From Amoebophrya sp. A120 (lineage: Eukaryota > Protista > Dinoflagellata): 64,000 nt of DNA. Of the stretch, positions 24,701-33,700 are shown piece after piece. Where the stretch lies: NCBI GenBank assembly GCA_905178155.1, contig CAJINV010000003.1:7673882-7737881 (forward strand). Reading direction: 5' to 3'. A program made the position numbers and the translations under genes. Position 1 is the stretch's first letter. Every line of letters begins with the position of its first letter. Below the pieces are notes generated by a model. It saw nothing but the letters and a program-made list of their open reading frames with translations, had not been told where the DNA came from and made no database searches.

Positions 24701-25240
24701 TTTTTGCTGTCGCCCCACAGCCAATTTTTTGTTGGAAGTTTTCGAGGAAGGCAACACGACACTCATGCGGACAGAAAAAATCTCTCATTTTAATCAAAAA
24801 CAGTAGAAGAGATTTTCGTGAAGACGACAACGGCCTTGTTTGTCTGTCTTAACTCGACTTCTAGAACTAATTTCTGAATAAAAAACTGAAAAAAGTAAAA
24901 AACACTGAAAAACCAAAAAAACGCAAAAAATAACCTTGCTTCGCACTCTCGATCGACTCTCTGTTGATCTCCTTCTGGGTAAGGACGAACGGAGACTTAT
25001 CTCCAGTTCGTGTTTTCACAACATCACGGCTTTTAAGAAGAATCGGCTTAATCTGGTCTGACGTGTCGGCTTTATCGTAGGAAGACATTTAAATCGTACA
25101 TTACCTGTTGCCAATCGTATGTCGTTGCAGACGCACAAATAAATCGTCTACTTTCGGTGAACTCGTCCGTCGTTGAGGAGAGCGCTCAGTTGCGGATTTC
25201 TCGGAATTGTTCGATGACCAGTTTTAACCCGTTTCTGACA
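18744..25240 (+). repeat. 5' LTR (6497 bp)
   Basis: Begins TGTCAAAATCCTCCCAG, ends CCCGTTTCTGACA; similarity to 30244-36740 stops at these ends. Confidence 0.92.
19884..24158 (+). CDS. 1424-aa LTR-encoded protein: basic N-terminus, acidic low-complexity body, RS-rich patch plus CHHC zinc-knuckle-like motif
   Basis: Uninterrupted ATG-TAA ORF, intact in both LTRs; FCQLHGWNTTHASDDC at ~22617-22664. Confidence 0.85.
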   Translation: MPPKAKAKPKAKPQVKRQPRSHGLPPGQQALPNQQEQQPQQQGNNAAGQLQTPAGFIPILDPSGNLVGIQQLAPAAPVIANPGAKPKAARGRPRTSSGHKRQLKAKRQARWKEKKFGKKQSKKKGKGRRRDVLSDSSESEEENNNFLAIENAQGEGLLAIEDIPRDPPVVQDEANEYGNRSPAFVPDQGQENAGGEAPRNAGIINVSITPNTGPAPSPPPPPVLILGASSSSGSQNVAQGHASSSSSGVPRPFPLPQLRPRIQPKAKIGQLNMSRINRLCAGKPPSSGSDSSNSSGSDTCTESDEDEEEHAMRKQQKYLNKENSKKRKRGCSFDREEERAVRRAETERRFWPTYGEDDDEEEEEEEEGQVDLRGAKYGPILDIGDDLNDFIVDDPLEAGVEEGEVLEDGVYVSTVYEDAQLRITIIRRPGERWPKGLRVFWKTSKPTLTLEGYNPEKFDRFLYQTKDTGFVDKTELTEWAQVIVNTIDGQNRTWDYLTDSMVENDNVLDFIKYMRGLQAAAASAPVPTALDELDDLFADDNPVAPAAVQPSPTATSVQTSTTTTTHAQPSTNISSAQPSTNVSNTTASSSVGTTKKKEKKETLLPTESDEEGGDENGNEPSPEQELPASVSPEKLIEEIISPTEAQQNLTRFLGNSSVIVGGRTSASGSSASSAADDDHRYPPFQLGEDIDWDPSMPLPAPFPTINSPAHSPDVQPESATQNVLPLSDLDHALPDLDIATLDHLINVTAELAGQENEDVQTGSSQLQQQASQVEPLDQSIYEQVVADQQLALALMQEEQALGPLDIGTTLTGERYNADVHLQIAPSPAMAFTPALLPGAASSSSSAAQNHNDFHHHNIDQHWSGRRRSRSRRRRSVSRGRRNNGLLARRTPSKKWSKRHDPSHARRRECKYFCQLHGWNTTHASDDCYRLNDITEYVQVEWNLWVPWHIYWRDYAHLYWNNADEEWRDEAVAAENSYTRAHPEEQEPEAEAPPPVTPVAAPQEDVVMEDVEMENANNNDPVPVEPVTQEQPSAGARRGSPIPESSPLDEDRTRRTSSDMEIDLPSEGSDEIFGDGQENEEETEIASPPPSASPPETQLAIFDPEVRKEKLRVWGLNVNAVRSTTEQIRNLPEFKKILEKYGTNKFLQLVRYGFNKNMASSPVIGLVDGAIEHQRELESDEQIPASPSPGDVAAPPQEQENADQELTSPDLSQQGIPVNNVASILDDAVGATAEEEESFAMMDEIPTEGQEQAEDLTRMYEVHTGDYLPILFGSPVSPEQPVVPLWSDFVEQGGNEQELEAPRSPEKDVQEEYEPGGDDSNENVGNADQENQQANDQDLGGNNNIVVQNNNVVVQDNNQQVIANMSPAVDQGNTASIAVQTTGDDQQAQVDREIDLDVQPGIYNLAPGTYNVNFRISEERPCNIQ

Positions 25241-25255
25241 TGGTGAGGCCAGAGC
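25241..25255 (+). other. Candidate primer-binding site TGGTGAGGCCAGAGC
   Basis: TGG (complement of tRNA CCA) immediately follows the 5' LTR; cognate tRNA not identified. Confidence 0.6.
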
Positions 25256-25470
25256 TAGTGTTGACCACTAGCTGATAGCAACCACGTGATACAGGACAAG
25301 GAGACAACGTTTTCTCCTACACGTTTGCAACCTGTTGGACTCCTTCATCACCATCATTTTCACCTTCAACGGAGAAGCAGGATTTGTTCGACTCCATCAG
25401 CAGAGAAGGACAGACTCTCCTACTTTTCCAATTTTGAGATTTTGATGCACTACAAGGCCGTTCTGCGTAC

Positions 25471-26565
25471 ATGAACTTCAACTTGCCTCCAGCTGACCAC
25501 CTCACATTTCCCAACTTGCCCAATTCTGTTGAACCTCGAGAAGTAATTGAGCCTTGCGCTATCTTTTTCGGTAACTGCCCGGTCGGAGATCCCAGATATC
25601 TATTTTCCCACAACTCAGTTCCGTACGTGGTCAATTTGGACGAGCGAGCAGATCTTCGGATTCCCGGACGACGCGGAACTTTGTTATTGCCAACTGAACA
25701 CGTAGTCGATCTAATAGATCCGATTGCTCGGAAAGCAAACAATCAATTTTTGAACTGGACCTACGACCGCAACGCATTCGTTGTGTTGACAACCTTCAGT
25801 AGCAAGGAAGAATACCTGGCAAGTACCTTTCGGAGAACCCACCACTTGCGTGCTGACCAAGCAGACCGATTTGTGACGGAGAGTCGACGAGTCGTGCTTG
25901 CCTGGCCGATTCGGTGGTGCCAAGTGAGGACTCCGCAGAGAAGACAACAAGTCAACGGCGACTCTATCATCGGCTTTTCCACCATCCAACGGCATCTTCC
26001 TGAGTGGTGCATTCCTCCGGAAGACGCTAATACGGAGACGCAAATAAGGACTATTCCGTCTAGTGAAGATCGAGAAGTTAGAGCACAATTGCACGAAGGT
26101 CCTCCAACTACTACACCGGTCCATCGTTTAATCGCACCAGAAGACGCTCAAAGAATTGCTGCTCCTGCACCAACTTCCTTTTCGCTATCAAGAACCCTCG
26201 AGTTGGTGTACGGTCAATTAGCACCTACCTTTCCCCGGACCCTGGCTGACCAAGACAGATTCTTTGATCTCATCGGTTTGGGCGACAGACCATCATCGTC
26301 ACCATCGAATCAAAGATCGTCTCCGCCCCGGGAGGGAACCCCAAGACCGTATACCGCTCCGCGTCCTCAAACGCCTCTCCGCGTCCCATCGGAGAACGTT
26401 TGCATCATTTGCTTGGAGCAAGAAGCCAATGCAACCTTCCTCCATCGGTTCACTGGACACACGTGCTGTTGCTTTCGCTGCGCTCAGCAGGCCTTTGAGC
26501 GGGACCGCAGGTGTCCAATTTGTCGGATGCAAGTAGACCGGGTGATTAAAAACTATCGGAGTTAA
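25471..26565 (+). CDS. Element cargo: 364-aa protein with C-terminal MDM2-type C2H2C4 RING (putative E3 ligase)
   Basis: CIIC-x10-H-x4-H-x3-C-x2-C-x10-CPIC-RMQVDRVIKNYRS* at 26401-26565. Confidence 0.85.
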   Translation: MNFNLPPADHLTFPNLPNSVEPREVIEPCAIFFGNCPVGDPRYLFSHNSVPYVVNLDERADLRIPGRRGTLLLPTEHVVDLIDPIARKANNQFLNWTYDRNAFVVLTTFSSKEEYLASTFRRTHHLRADQADRFVTESRRVVLAWPIRWCQVRTPQRRQQVNGDSIIGFSTIQRHLPEWCIPPEDANTETQIRTIPSSEDREVRAQLHEGPPTTTPVHRLIAPEDAQRIAAPAPTSFSLSRTLELVYGQLAPTFPRTLADQDRFFDLIGLGDRPSSSPSNQRSSPPREGTPRPYTAPRPQTPLRVPSENVCIICLEQEANATFLHRFTGHTCCCFRCAQQAFERDRRCPICRMQVDRVIKNYRS

Positions 26566-26597
26566 GAAGAAAAGGAAAGAAGGAGACGGAAAAGTAT

Positions 26598-27176
26598 ATG
26601 TGGTATTTGATCGTCGATCAATCCAAACCATTACAACTACATCTTCAAGATTCTTCCCACAGTAAATCCAACGGTACCAAGTGCGGGTGGATATTGTTGA
26701 CCGTAAAGGACGAGCTCTGCATTCAACGGATTGTCTTTCCTCGAGAAGTGATTATCATTTTCCGCTCACATCTGGAAGAAGACCCGGAATCCCTTGGAGT
26801 TTGGGACGCACTGCTACAGATAAGAATTCTGGCTCGCTTTGCGTCAGTAGTCGTCTGCTACATTAAAGGACAATTCTACTTCACTCCCTTGCACTACGCG
26901 ACGGAAACAGCAGGACTGGGATCAGTAAGATTGCACTACATTCCGCGAGTAAAATTCCCGGAAAAGATCTCTGGTTTCTACCAGTCTGCAGTGGTAAGGA
27001 TAAACGAACTTCGGTGCCCGGACGTAATCGACTACAACGTTCTCAGTTACTCGAAGAAGACCTTGCAGCTGACAGGAAAAATCAATCGGACCCTCACGCA
27101 CCCTTTTTCGTATTCCAGTGTGAAGAACATTAAAGACGGCTACACCTGGAATTACGAGCCGGAACCAGAAGAATAA
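26598..27176 (+). CDS. Element cargo: 192-aa hypothetical protein
   Basis: ATG-initiated intronless ORF 32 nt after the RING ORF; globular-looking composition. Confidence 0.6.
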   Translation: MWYLIVDQSKPLQLHLQDSSHSKSNGTKCGWILLTVKDELCIQRIVFPREVIIIFRSHLEEDPESLGVWDALLQIRILARFASVVVCYIKGQFYFTPLHYATETAGLGSVRLHYIPRVKFPEKISGFYQSAVVRINELRCPDVIDYNVLSYSKKTLQLTGKINRTLTHPFSYSSVKNIKDGYTWNYEPEPEE

Positions 27177-27198
27177 ACCGTCTTCATCATAATGCTAC

Positions 27199-28104
27199 AT
27201 GGCTGATTACTCTCTCGACCTGAGACTATTCTTCGGATTACCAATAAGGGTGAATCGGGAAAACATCAGTAAAAGAACCGGTCTTCCAGGAATTCTAGCG
27301 GGGATCAGTACACGCGAGTACCTACGCTGTGGATTCCAAGGGCAACAACTCATTGGAGACCCAGAAGTACACGAGGAGTTACAAAAAACAGATTTGTTCG
27401 TCTTCTTGGAAAAGTCTCTCTGTGAAGGACTTTTGGTTTACCCGACTACAGGCGGAAAGCAACATAGATTCATCCGGGTGGCACCGTTGGAGTTTGTACA
27501 GCTGAACCGTAGTTCAGCGGCAACCTGTATTTCGCAAGCAGGCGAGCAACTCTTCTTGAGGAACATAAATCCTCTGTGCAACATCTGTGACGGCTCGCTG
27601 ATAATCCTGAACAAAGATCACCCGGAGGGATGAGAAAACAACTACTGCTTCGCCACACTCAAGCACGCATTGTTCTTGGCGTATCGGTGTAGGAGACCCC
27701 TTAAACCGCGAGAAAATTTCCAGAGAGTTCACTTCCGTGAAGAACCAGACGAAGAACAAGTGGACGACATACCAATCACGAGCAAGGAGGTAGCAAGAAT
27801 AAAATCGGAGCCGGTGATACCAAAGAACTACAACGCCTTTGAAAGCGACCCGTACTGTCAGTTCATTCACGACTCGGGAGCACCATTTCAAGCCATCAAT
27901 TTTGAGTGCGCTCTCGTACCGGAAATTCCGAATTTTATCAACCACTACAGCCATCCAGGTCGCCTCGGTTACTACCACAACGCACCATCGGAACCTTCAG
28001 TGAGTAACTACACTGGGACTCGGTCAGACGACTCGTTTCGGTCAAGCATTCGTAGCTTTAGGACAGCTCGTGCAATCCACTACATCGAAAACGGATACAG
28101 CTAA
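27199..28104 (+). CDS. Element cargo: ~301-codon frame interrupted by one in-frame TGA (27631-27633)
   Basis: ORFs 27199-27633 and 27670-28104 share a frame: ...CNICDG...HPEG*ENNYCFATLKHALFLAY... Confidence 0.55.
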
Positions 28105-28411
28105 GCTTCAGTTTTATGCTTTCCGCAATACTAGACTTCTTCGTCGACCTACTAGAAGAAGCAAAAAGAACAATCATACTCGGTATTGACGAAGCGATTA
28201 CATTCGTTCAATCCGCGCGCTAAAAGAACAAAGAAGACGGAAAAATCAGTACGCACAACTACAATTGGGCTAAAGGCTACGGACAACACTTTCGTGCGAT
28301 CAGGAGAAACATCGTACAGCAAGACGTTAAACAACAAACGGAATAAAATATCTTCAACAGCAACAACTACTTCAACAGTTCCCTCGTATTAAAACGACTC
28401 CCACATACAAC

Positions 28412-28647
28412 ATGTGTTGTTTTGAATTTCTCAACCGGGTGTTTAACACCAAAGCCTACCAAATCCAACAGCAGGCCGAATTGGAAGAAAAGATGAAGAT
28501 GATCGACGCTGCTGTTGAAGAATCCCTCAAGAAACACCGCACCCCATCCAAAAGACGGTCTAATCAGACGGAAGAAGATGATTTTTCTGCTGTTTCTCCA
28601 GGACCGCAACCCACTCCCATTTGCGTGGAAGTTGAGGAAGACGATGA
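28412..28647 (+). CDS. Element ORF start (MCCFEF..., coiled-coil-like), truncated by assembly gap
   Basis: ATG at 28412, open until the N run; link to pol across the gap unproven. Confidence 0.5.
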
Positions 28648-28747
28648 NNNNNNNNNNNNNNNNNNNNNNNNNNNNNNNNNNNNNNNNNNNNNNNNNNNNN
28701 NNNNNNNNNNNNNNNNNNNNNNNNNNNNNNNNNNNNNNNNNNNNNNN
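28648..28747. other. Assembly gap (100 N, probably placeholder length)
   Basis: Run of exactly 100 N. Confidence 0.99.
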
Positions 28748-30772
28748 CAAGAACTCGGACAACTCCACAGTGCGAAGCGGCAAGTAGAAGAGCAAAAAGA
28801 CGGAGAAATGGATTCGGATGGTGATCAAGACGGTTTGTACAGTATCACTTCGCGTGAGCTGGTAACCGATCTCACCAGTCTACATGAGTCTCATCCTCAC
28901 CGTTTTCTACTTGGAGCCGTAGGAATACACGTGGATGATTTGTTGACAGCAGGATCTGAACTTGTTTACCTTCGTCTTCAGATTTTGTTTGACATGTTCG
29001 ACGTCTCGGGACTCGCAATGTTGCAGTTAGGAAAAAGAGACGCTTTTGTCGGGAAGGAAATAGCCTGTCTTCCGGAAGCATTTGATGCTTATGAAGTTAA
29101 ACAGGAACTGGAAGAGGAGGTCAAGTTCTTGAAAGCCATTGAGTTTGAAAATCCGGAGCCCTTGTTTACCGTTAACTACACCGAAGAACAAATTGCGGAA
29201 GTAGAAAAAGCAACAGGTTTGAAGAGAAGCAACAAAGCAGAAGATTTACCTGCGGTGGAGCCAGTACCATTCACCTTTGAAGCTGCCGCAGAACGTCTTC
29301 GACCAACAATTCCTGTTTTTTACGTCCTCAGTCAAGAATCCTATGTGGAAAAGATAAAGTGTTTGGAACGGGAAGAGGTAGAGGAGTACTGGAGGAAGAG
29401 GTCATTTGCAAAGAATAAGTTTGCGTTGAGTCAAATCAAATCACCTTTTCGGGGAAGAATTGGCGAGCTTCTTTGGTGCACAAAGACGTCAGCGGTGTTA
29501 TTAGAACGTCTCTCGGACCTAGCAAGCGCGGTCCACTTGATGGAGAACTACAACACCTACGTGGAGGAAGTAGAACAATTCTGCGAGCGGCTGAACTCGT
29601 TCATCCTCTTTGCTCAGGGAAGTCAGTTTTGCTCTAGAAGAATCTCCCACACTGGCGGTTTGGGAGAATTCGGGGTGGTTGGATTAGCAGACGCATCCAA
29701 GACCAAGATTGGGGGTTTGGTCTGCCTTGCGGGACGAAACTCACAACGTGTCACGCCGATTACATCATGGAGCAAAGCTCCAAATCGTGTCTTTTCCAGT
29801 TCAACCGGAATTGAACTGTTGGCACAGCGGATCCTAGTGTCGGAGTGTTTGTGGCACAAACAAATTGGAATTGACCTGTCTCTCGTTCCGTACGACATGC
29901 CTCTCCTGCAATTCACGGACTCGAAGAACTTGGTGATCAGTGATCCTTCGGAGAAAAATTTGAAGTCGGACTTCTTGTTTTTAAACCAACTTTTGGAACT
30001 CAAACAGTTGGCAGTGGAACACACGCGTGGAAAAACAATGCCACCAGACGCGCTGACAAAGAGTCCGCTGTACTCCGAGGTTGCTACCCTTCACCTTGTG
30101 AACAGGTTTGGAATCCTAGATCGGGAACTGAGTAATCGGATTAGCACGTTCATAAGCCAGAACCTAGAACGACTCCAGGACCTCGACTCTGGCAACAAGA
30201 CGGAAAAGCCCCCAGTTTCGCAGCTACAAGAAGAAAATATTGGTGTCAAAATCCTCCCAGATTTCACCAGTAAACCAGCAATAACTGCGAAACTGGCCAA
30301 AACTTTTTTGACAACAACTTCTACGGGAGCAATAAAGTTTTGCCAAGGCGAAGCAGGAATACGGGGAATTTTGGATTTGGTGGATATCTTGCGGTTAAGA
30401 CGTCCGCTGTGGCTGTACTCGGGTGACCGTGCGGCGTGGCTGTATATACACCACACCGCACCAAGGAAGCAGTTATTCGGGGCACTCACTCAGAAAGGTG
30501 GGCCAGGTTTAGCATCTCTTACGGGAGAACGCCATACCTGGTATGCAGACGGTACAAGCATCCGTTGCTACACGGACAACATCAAAAATGGTCCAGATAC
30601 CGCGGGAAAGTTTTTCCCCCTTGCCACCGAATTTCCTGCGCGAAGATTCTGGAAAGGTGAAAGCAAGTTGGAAATTGTGGAAGAACGAGGAAACCTGCAG
30701 CGGTTTGCGCGACAGCTGCCGGAAAAGGATCCAGCGTCGGGGGTATCGGGAAGTCAGGAAGAGTCACAATAA
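28748..30772 (+). CDS. pol: Copia-type Pol C-terminal part: RT (C-terminal half), RNase H and extension into the 3' LTR
   Basis: GIHVDDLL (HVDD at 28928-28939), FVGKEI, LSQESYVEKI, FRGRIGELLW, GLADAS, WSKAPNRVFSSSTGIE, FTDSKNL, MPPDALTK. Confidence 0.88.
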   Translation, partial: QELGQLHSAKRQVEEQKDGEMDSDGDQDGLYSITSRELVTDLTSLHESHPHRFLLGAVGIHVDDLLTAGSELVYLRLQILFDMFDVSGLAMLQLGKRDAFVGKEIACLPEAFDAYEVKQELEEEVKFLKAIEFENPEPLFTVNYTEEQIAEVEKATGLKRSNKAEDLPAVEPVPFTFEAAAERLRPTIPVFYVLSQESYVEKIKCLEREEVEEYWRKRSFAKNKFALSQIKSPFRGRIGELLWCTKTSAVLLERLSDLASAVHLMENYNTYVEEVEQFCERLNSFILFAQGSQFCSRRISHTGGLGEFGVVGLADASKTKIGGLVCLAGRNSQRVTPITSWSKAPNRVFSSSTGIELLAQRILVSECLWHKQIGIDLSLVPYDMPLLQFTDSKNLVISDPSEKNLKSDFLFLNQLLELKQLAVEHTRGKTMPPDALTKSPLYSEVATLHLVNRFGILDRELSNRISTFISQNLERLQDLDSGNKTEKPPVSQLQEENIGVKILPDFTSKPAITAKLAKTFLTTTSTGAIKFCQGEAGIRGILDLVDILRLRRPLWLYSGDRAAWLYIHHTAPRKQLFGALTQKGGPGLASLTGERHTWYADGTSIRCYTDNIKNGPDTAGKFFPLATEFPARRFWKGESKLEIVEERGNLQRFARQLPEKDPASGVSGSQEESQ

Positions 30773-33700
30773 ATCTTTTATTGATGTTTATAAAAAGTCT
30801 CTATTCTTTTCAGGGAACAACTTCAGGTTTAACAATTAGAAGAGAAAGAGAATAAGTGATCAATTCCTTTCGAAAAGATCCACGTGTGAAGATCATCTTC
30901 GTGCTTATTTTTTGTGACAAAAAGATGAATTCTTCAGCAAGTTATTCAGAAAAGGAAAAGAAGACGTCTTTATCATCTGTGGAAGCGTCTTCTCATAAAA
31001 AGATCTACACTTTCCGCGTGCGAACATTGGACAGATCTTAACTGCTGTTTCATTGGTTGGTGGTTTTGGTGGTCGTACTTGTTTTTGAAATTATCATTAA
31101 AAATTTCTTTTCAGGGAAAATCATTTTCAAACGGCTGTATCTTTCTTTAGGCGACAAAAAGATTTAAGATTGGAGTAAAAACAAAAAAGTGAATCAACAC
31201 TACTTATTTGAAACAAGCGACGCATCTCTATTGCAATCATTCTTTACATCCTTTTAAATACAGCGACTATTTACAACGACAACTTTAAAGCGACTCTTTA
31301 AGCGACATTTTGAAAAAACTTCCTTTGCTGTATCTCGAAAATAAACCCCAAAGATTAACTTAATCTGACTCCTTCCTGCACGATGCCGCCGAAGGCAAAG
31401 GCCAAGCCCAAGGCAAAGCCGCAGGTGAAGAGGCAGCCACGCAACCAAGGACTGCCTCCAGGACAACAGGCGCTGCCGAATCAGCAGGAACAACAGCCGC
31501 AACAGCAAGGAAATAACGCTGTTGGTCAGTTCCAGATTCCTGCGGGTTTTATCCCTATATTGGATCCGAGTGGTAATCTGGTAGGGATTCAGCAGCTGGC
31601 TCCGGCTGCTCCTGTGATCGCCAACCCCGGGGCTAAACCGAAGGCGGCCAGGGGAAGACCGCGTACGTCTAGTGGACATAAAAGACAGTTAAAGGCCAAA
31701 CGGCAGGCGAGGTGGAAGGAAAAGAAATTCGGGAAGAAGCAGTCAAAGAAGAAAGGAAAAGGGAGAAGGAAAAACGTGCTGTCTGATAGTTCGGAGTCGG
31801 AGGAAGAGAACAACAATTTTTTAGCAATCGAAAACGCACAAGGAGAAGGACTTCTTGCTATCGAGGATATTCCCCGTGACCCTCCGGTTGTCCAAGATGA
31901 AGCCAACGAATACGGCAACCGGTCTCCTGCTTTTGTCCCGGATCAAGGGCAAGAAAACGCAGGAGGAGAAGCACCAAGAAATGCGGGAAATATTAATGTA
32001 TCTATCACTCCGAACACAGGACCGGCTCCGTCCCCGCCTCCACCTCCGGTGTTGATTTTAGGAGCAAGCTCTTCTTCCGGGAACCAGAATGTAGCACAAG
32101 GACAAGCATCATCTTCATCTTCTGGTGTACCACGACCATTTCCGCTGCCGCAACTTCGTCCACGTATTCAGCCGAAGGCGAAAAATGGACAGTTGAACAT
32201 GTCCAGGATCAACCGTCTGTGTGCCGGTAAGCCTCCGAGCTCCGGGTCTGATTCTTCAAACAGCTCGGGATCTGACACGTGCACGGAGTCAGATGAGGAC
32301 GAAGAGGAGCACGCAATGCGAAAACAACAAAAATATTTAAACAAGGAAAACAGCAAAAAGCGGAAGCGCGGCTGCAGCTTTGACCGTGAAGAAGAAAGAG
32401 CTGTGCGTCGCGCGGAAACGGAAAGACGTTTTTGGCCTACCTATGGCGAGGATGATGACGAGGAGGAAGAAGAGGAAGAAGAAGGACAAGTGGATCTTCG
32501 TGGTGCAAAGTACGGACCAATTCTAGACATCGGAGATGATTTAAACGACTTTATTGTAGATGATCCTCTTGAAGCAGGAGTGGAAGAAGGAGAGGTGTTG
32601 GAAGACGGAGTTTACGTGTCGACTGTGTACGAAGATGCGCAACTGCGGATCACCATTATTCGTCGACCGGGAGAGCGGTGGCCAAAGGGTCTGCGGGTTT
32701 TCTGGAAGACGTCTAAACCTACGTTGACGTTGGAAGGATACAATCCGGAAAAATTCGACCGGTTTCTGTACCAAACAAAGGACACCGGTTTTGTTGACAA
32801 AACAGAACTCACGGAGTGGGCCCAAGTGATTGTCAACACAATTGACGGGCAGAATCGAGCCTGGGATTATTTAACCGACTCTATGGTGGAAAACGACAAT
32901 GTGCTTGATTTTATCAAGTACATGCGGGGCCTTCAAGCAGCAGCTGCCTCCGCTCCTGTGCCCACAGCCTTGGACGAGTTAGATGACCTGTTCGCAGATG
33001 ACAACCCAGTCGCTCCGGCTGCAGTGCAACCGTCTCCAACTGCTACTTCAGTTCAGACTTCTACCACGACAACGACTCATGCTCAACCCTCCACAAACAT
33101 CAGTTCAGCTCAGCCTTCGACAAACGTATCAAATACAACTGCGTCTTCATCAGTGGGTACGACGAAGAAAAAGGAGAAAAAGGAAACATTGCTGCCAACC
33201 GAGTCAGATGAAGAGGGTGGAGACGAAAATGGGAATGAACCATCTCCAGAACAAGAACTCCCTGCCTCGGTGAGTCCTGAAAAATTAATTGAAGAAATTA
33301 TTTCCCCGACGGAAGCTCAACAAAACTTGACTCGCTTCCTGGGAAATAGCAGTGTCATTGTGGGAGGACGCACATCAGCGAGCGGCAGCAGTGCCAGTAG
33401 CGCTGCCGATGACGACCATCGCTACCCTCCTTTTCAGCTCGGAGAAGACATAGATTGGGATCCCTCCATGCCGTTGCCTGCCCCGTTTCCGACCATCAAC
33501 TCTCCGGCTCACAGTCCAGATGTGCAGCCAGAATCGGCCACGCAGAACGTTCTGCCTTTATCTGATTTGGACCATGCTCTTCCCGATCTGGACATTGCTA
33601 CCCTGGACCACCTGATCAATGTAACCGCGGAATTGGCGGGGCAAGAAAATGAAGACGTTCAAACCGGTTCGTCGCAGCTGCAACAACAGGCGTCTCAGGT

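Noticed and set aside
28412-30772. Single 786-aa ORF spanning the N run
   Set aside because: Frame continuity across a 100-N placeholder is not evidence; protease, integrase and the N-terminal RT are missing, so the real gap is probably longer
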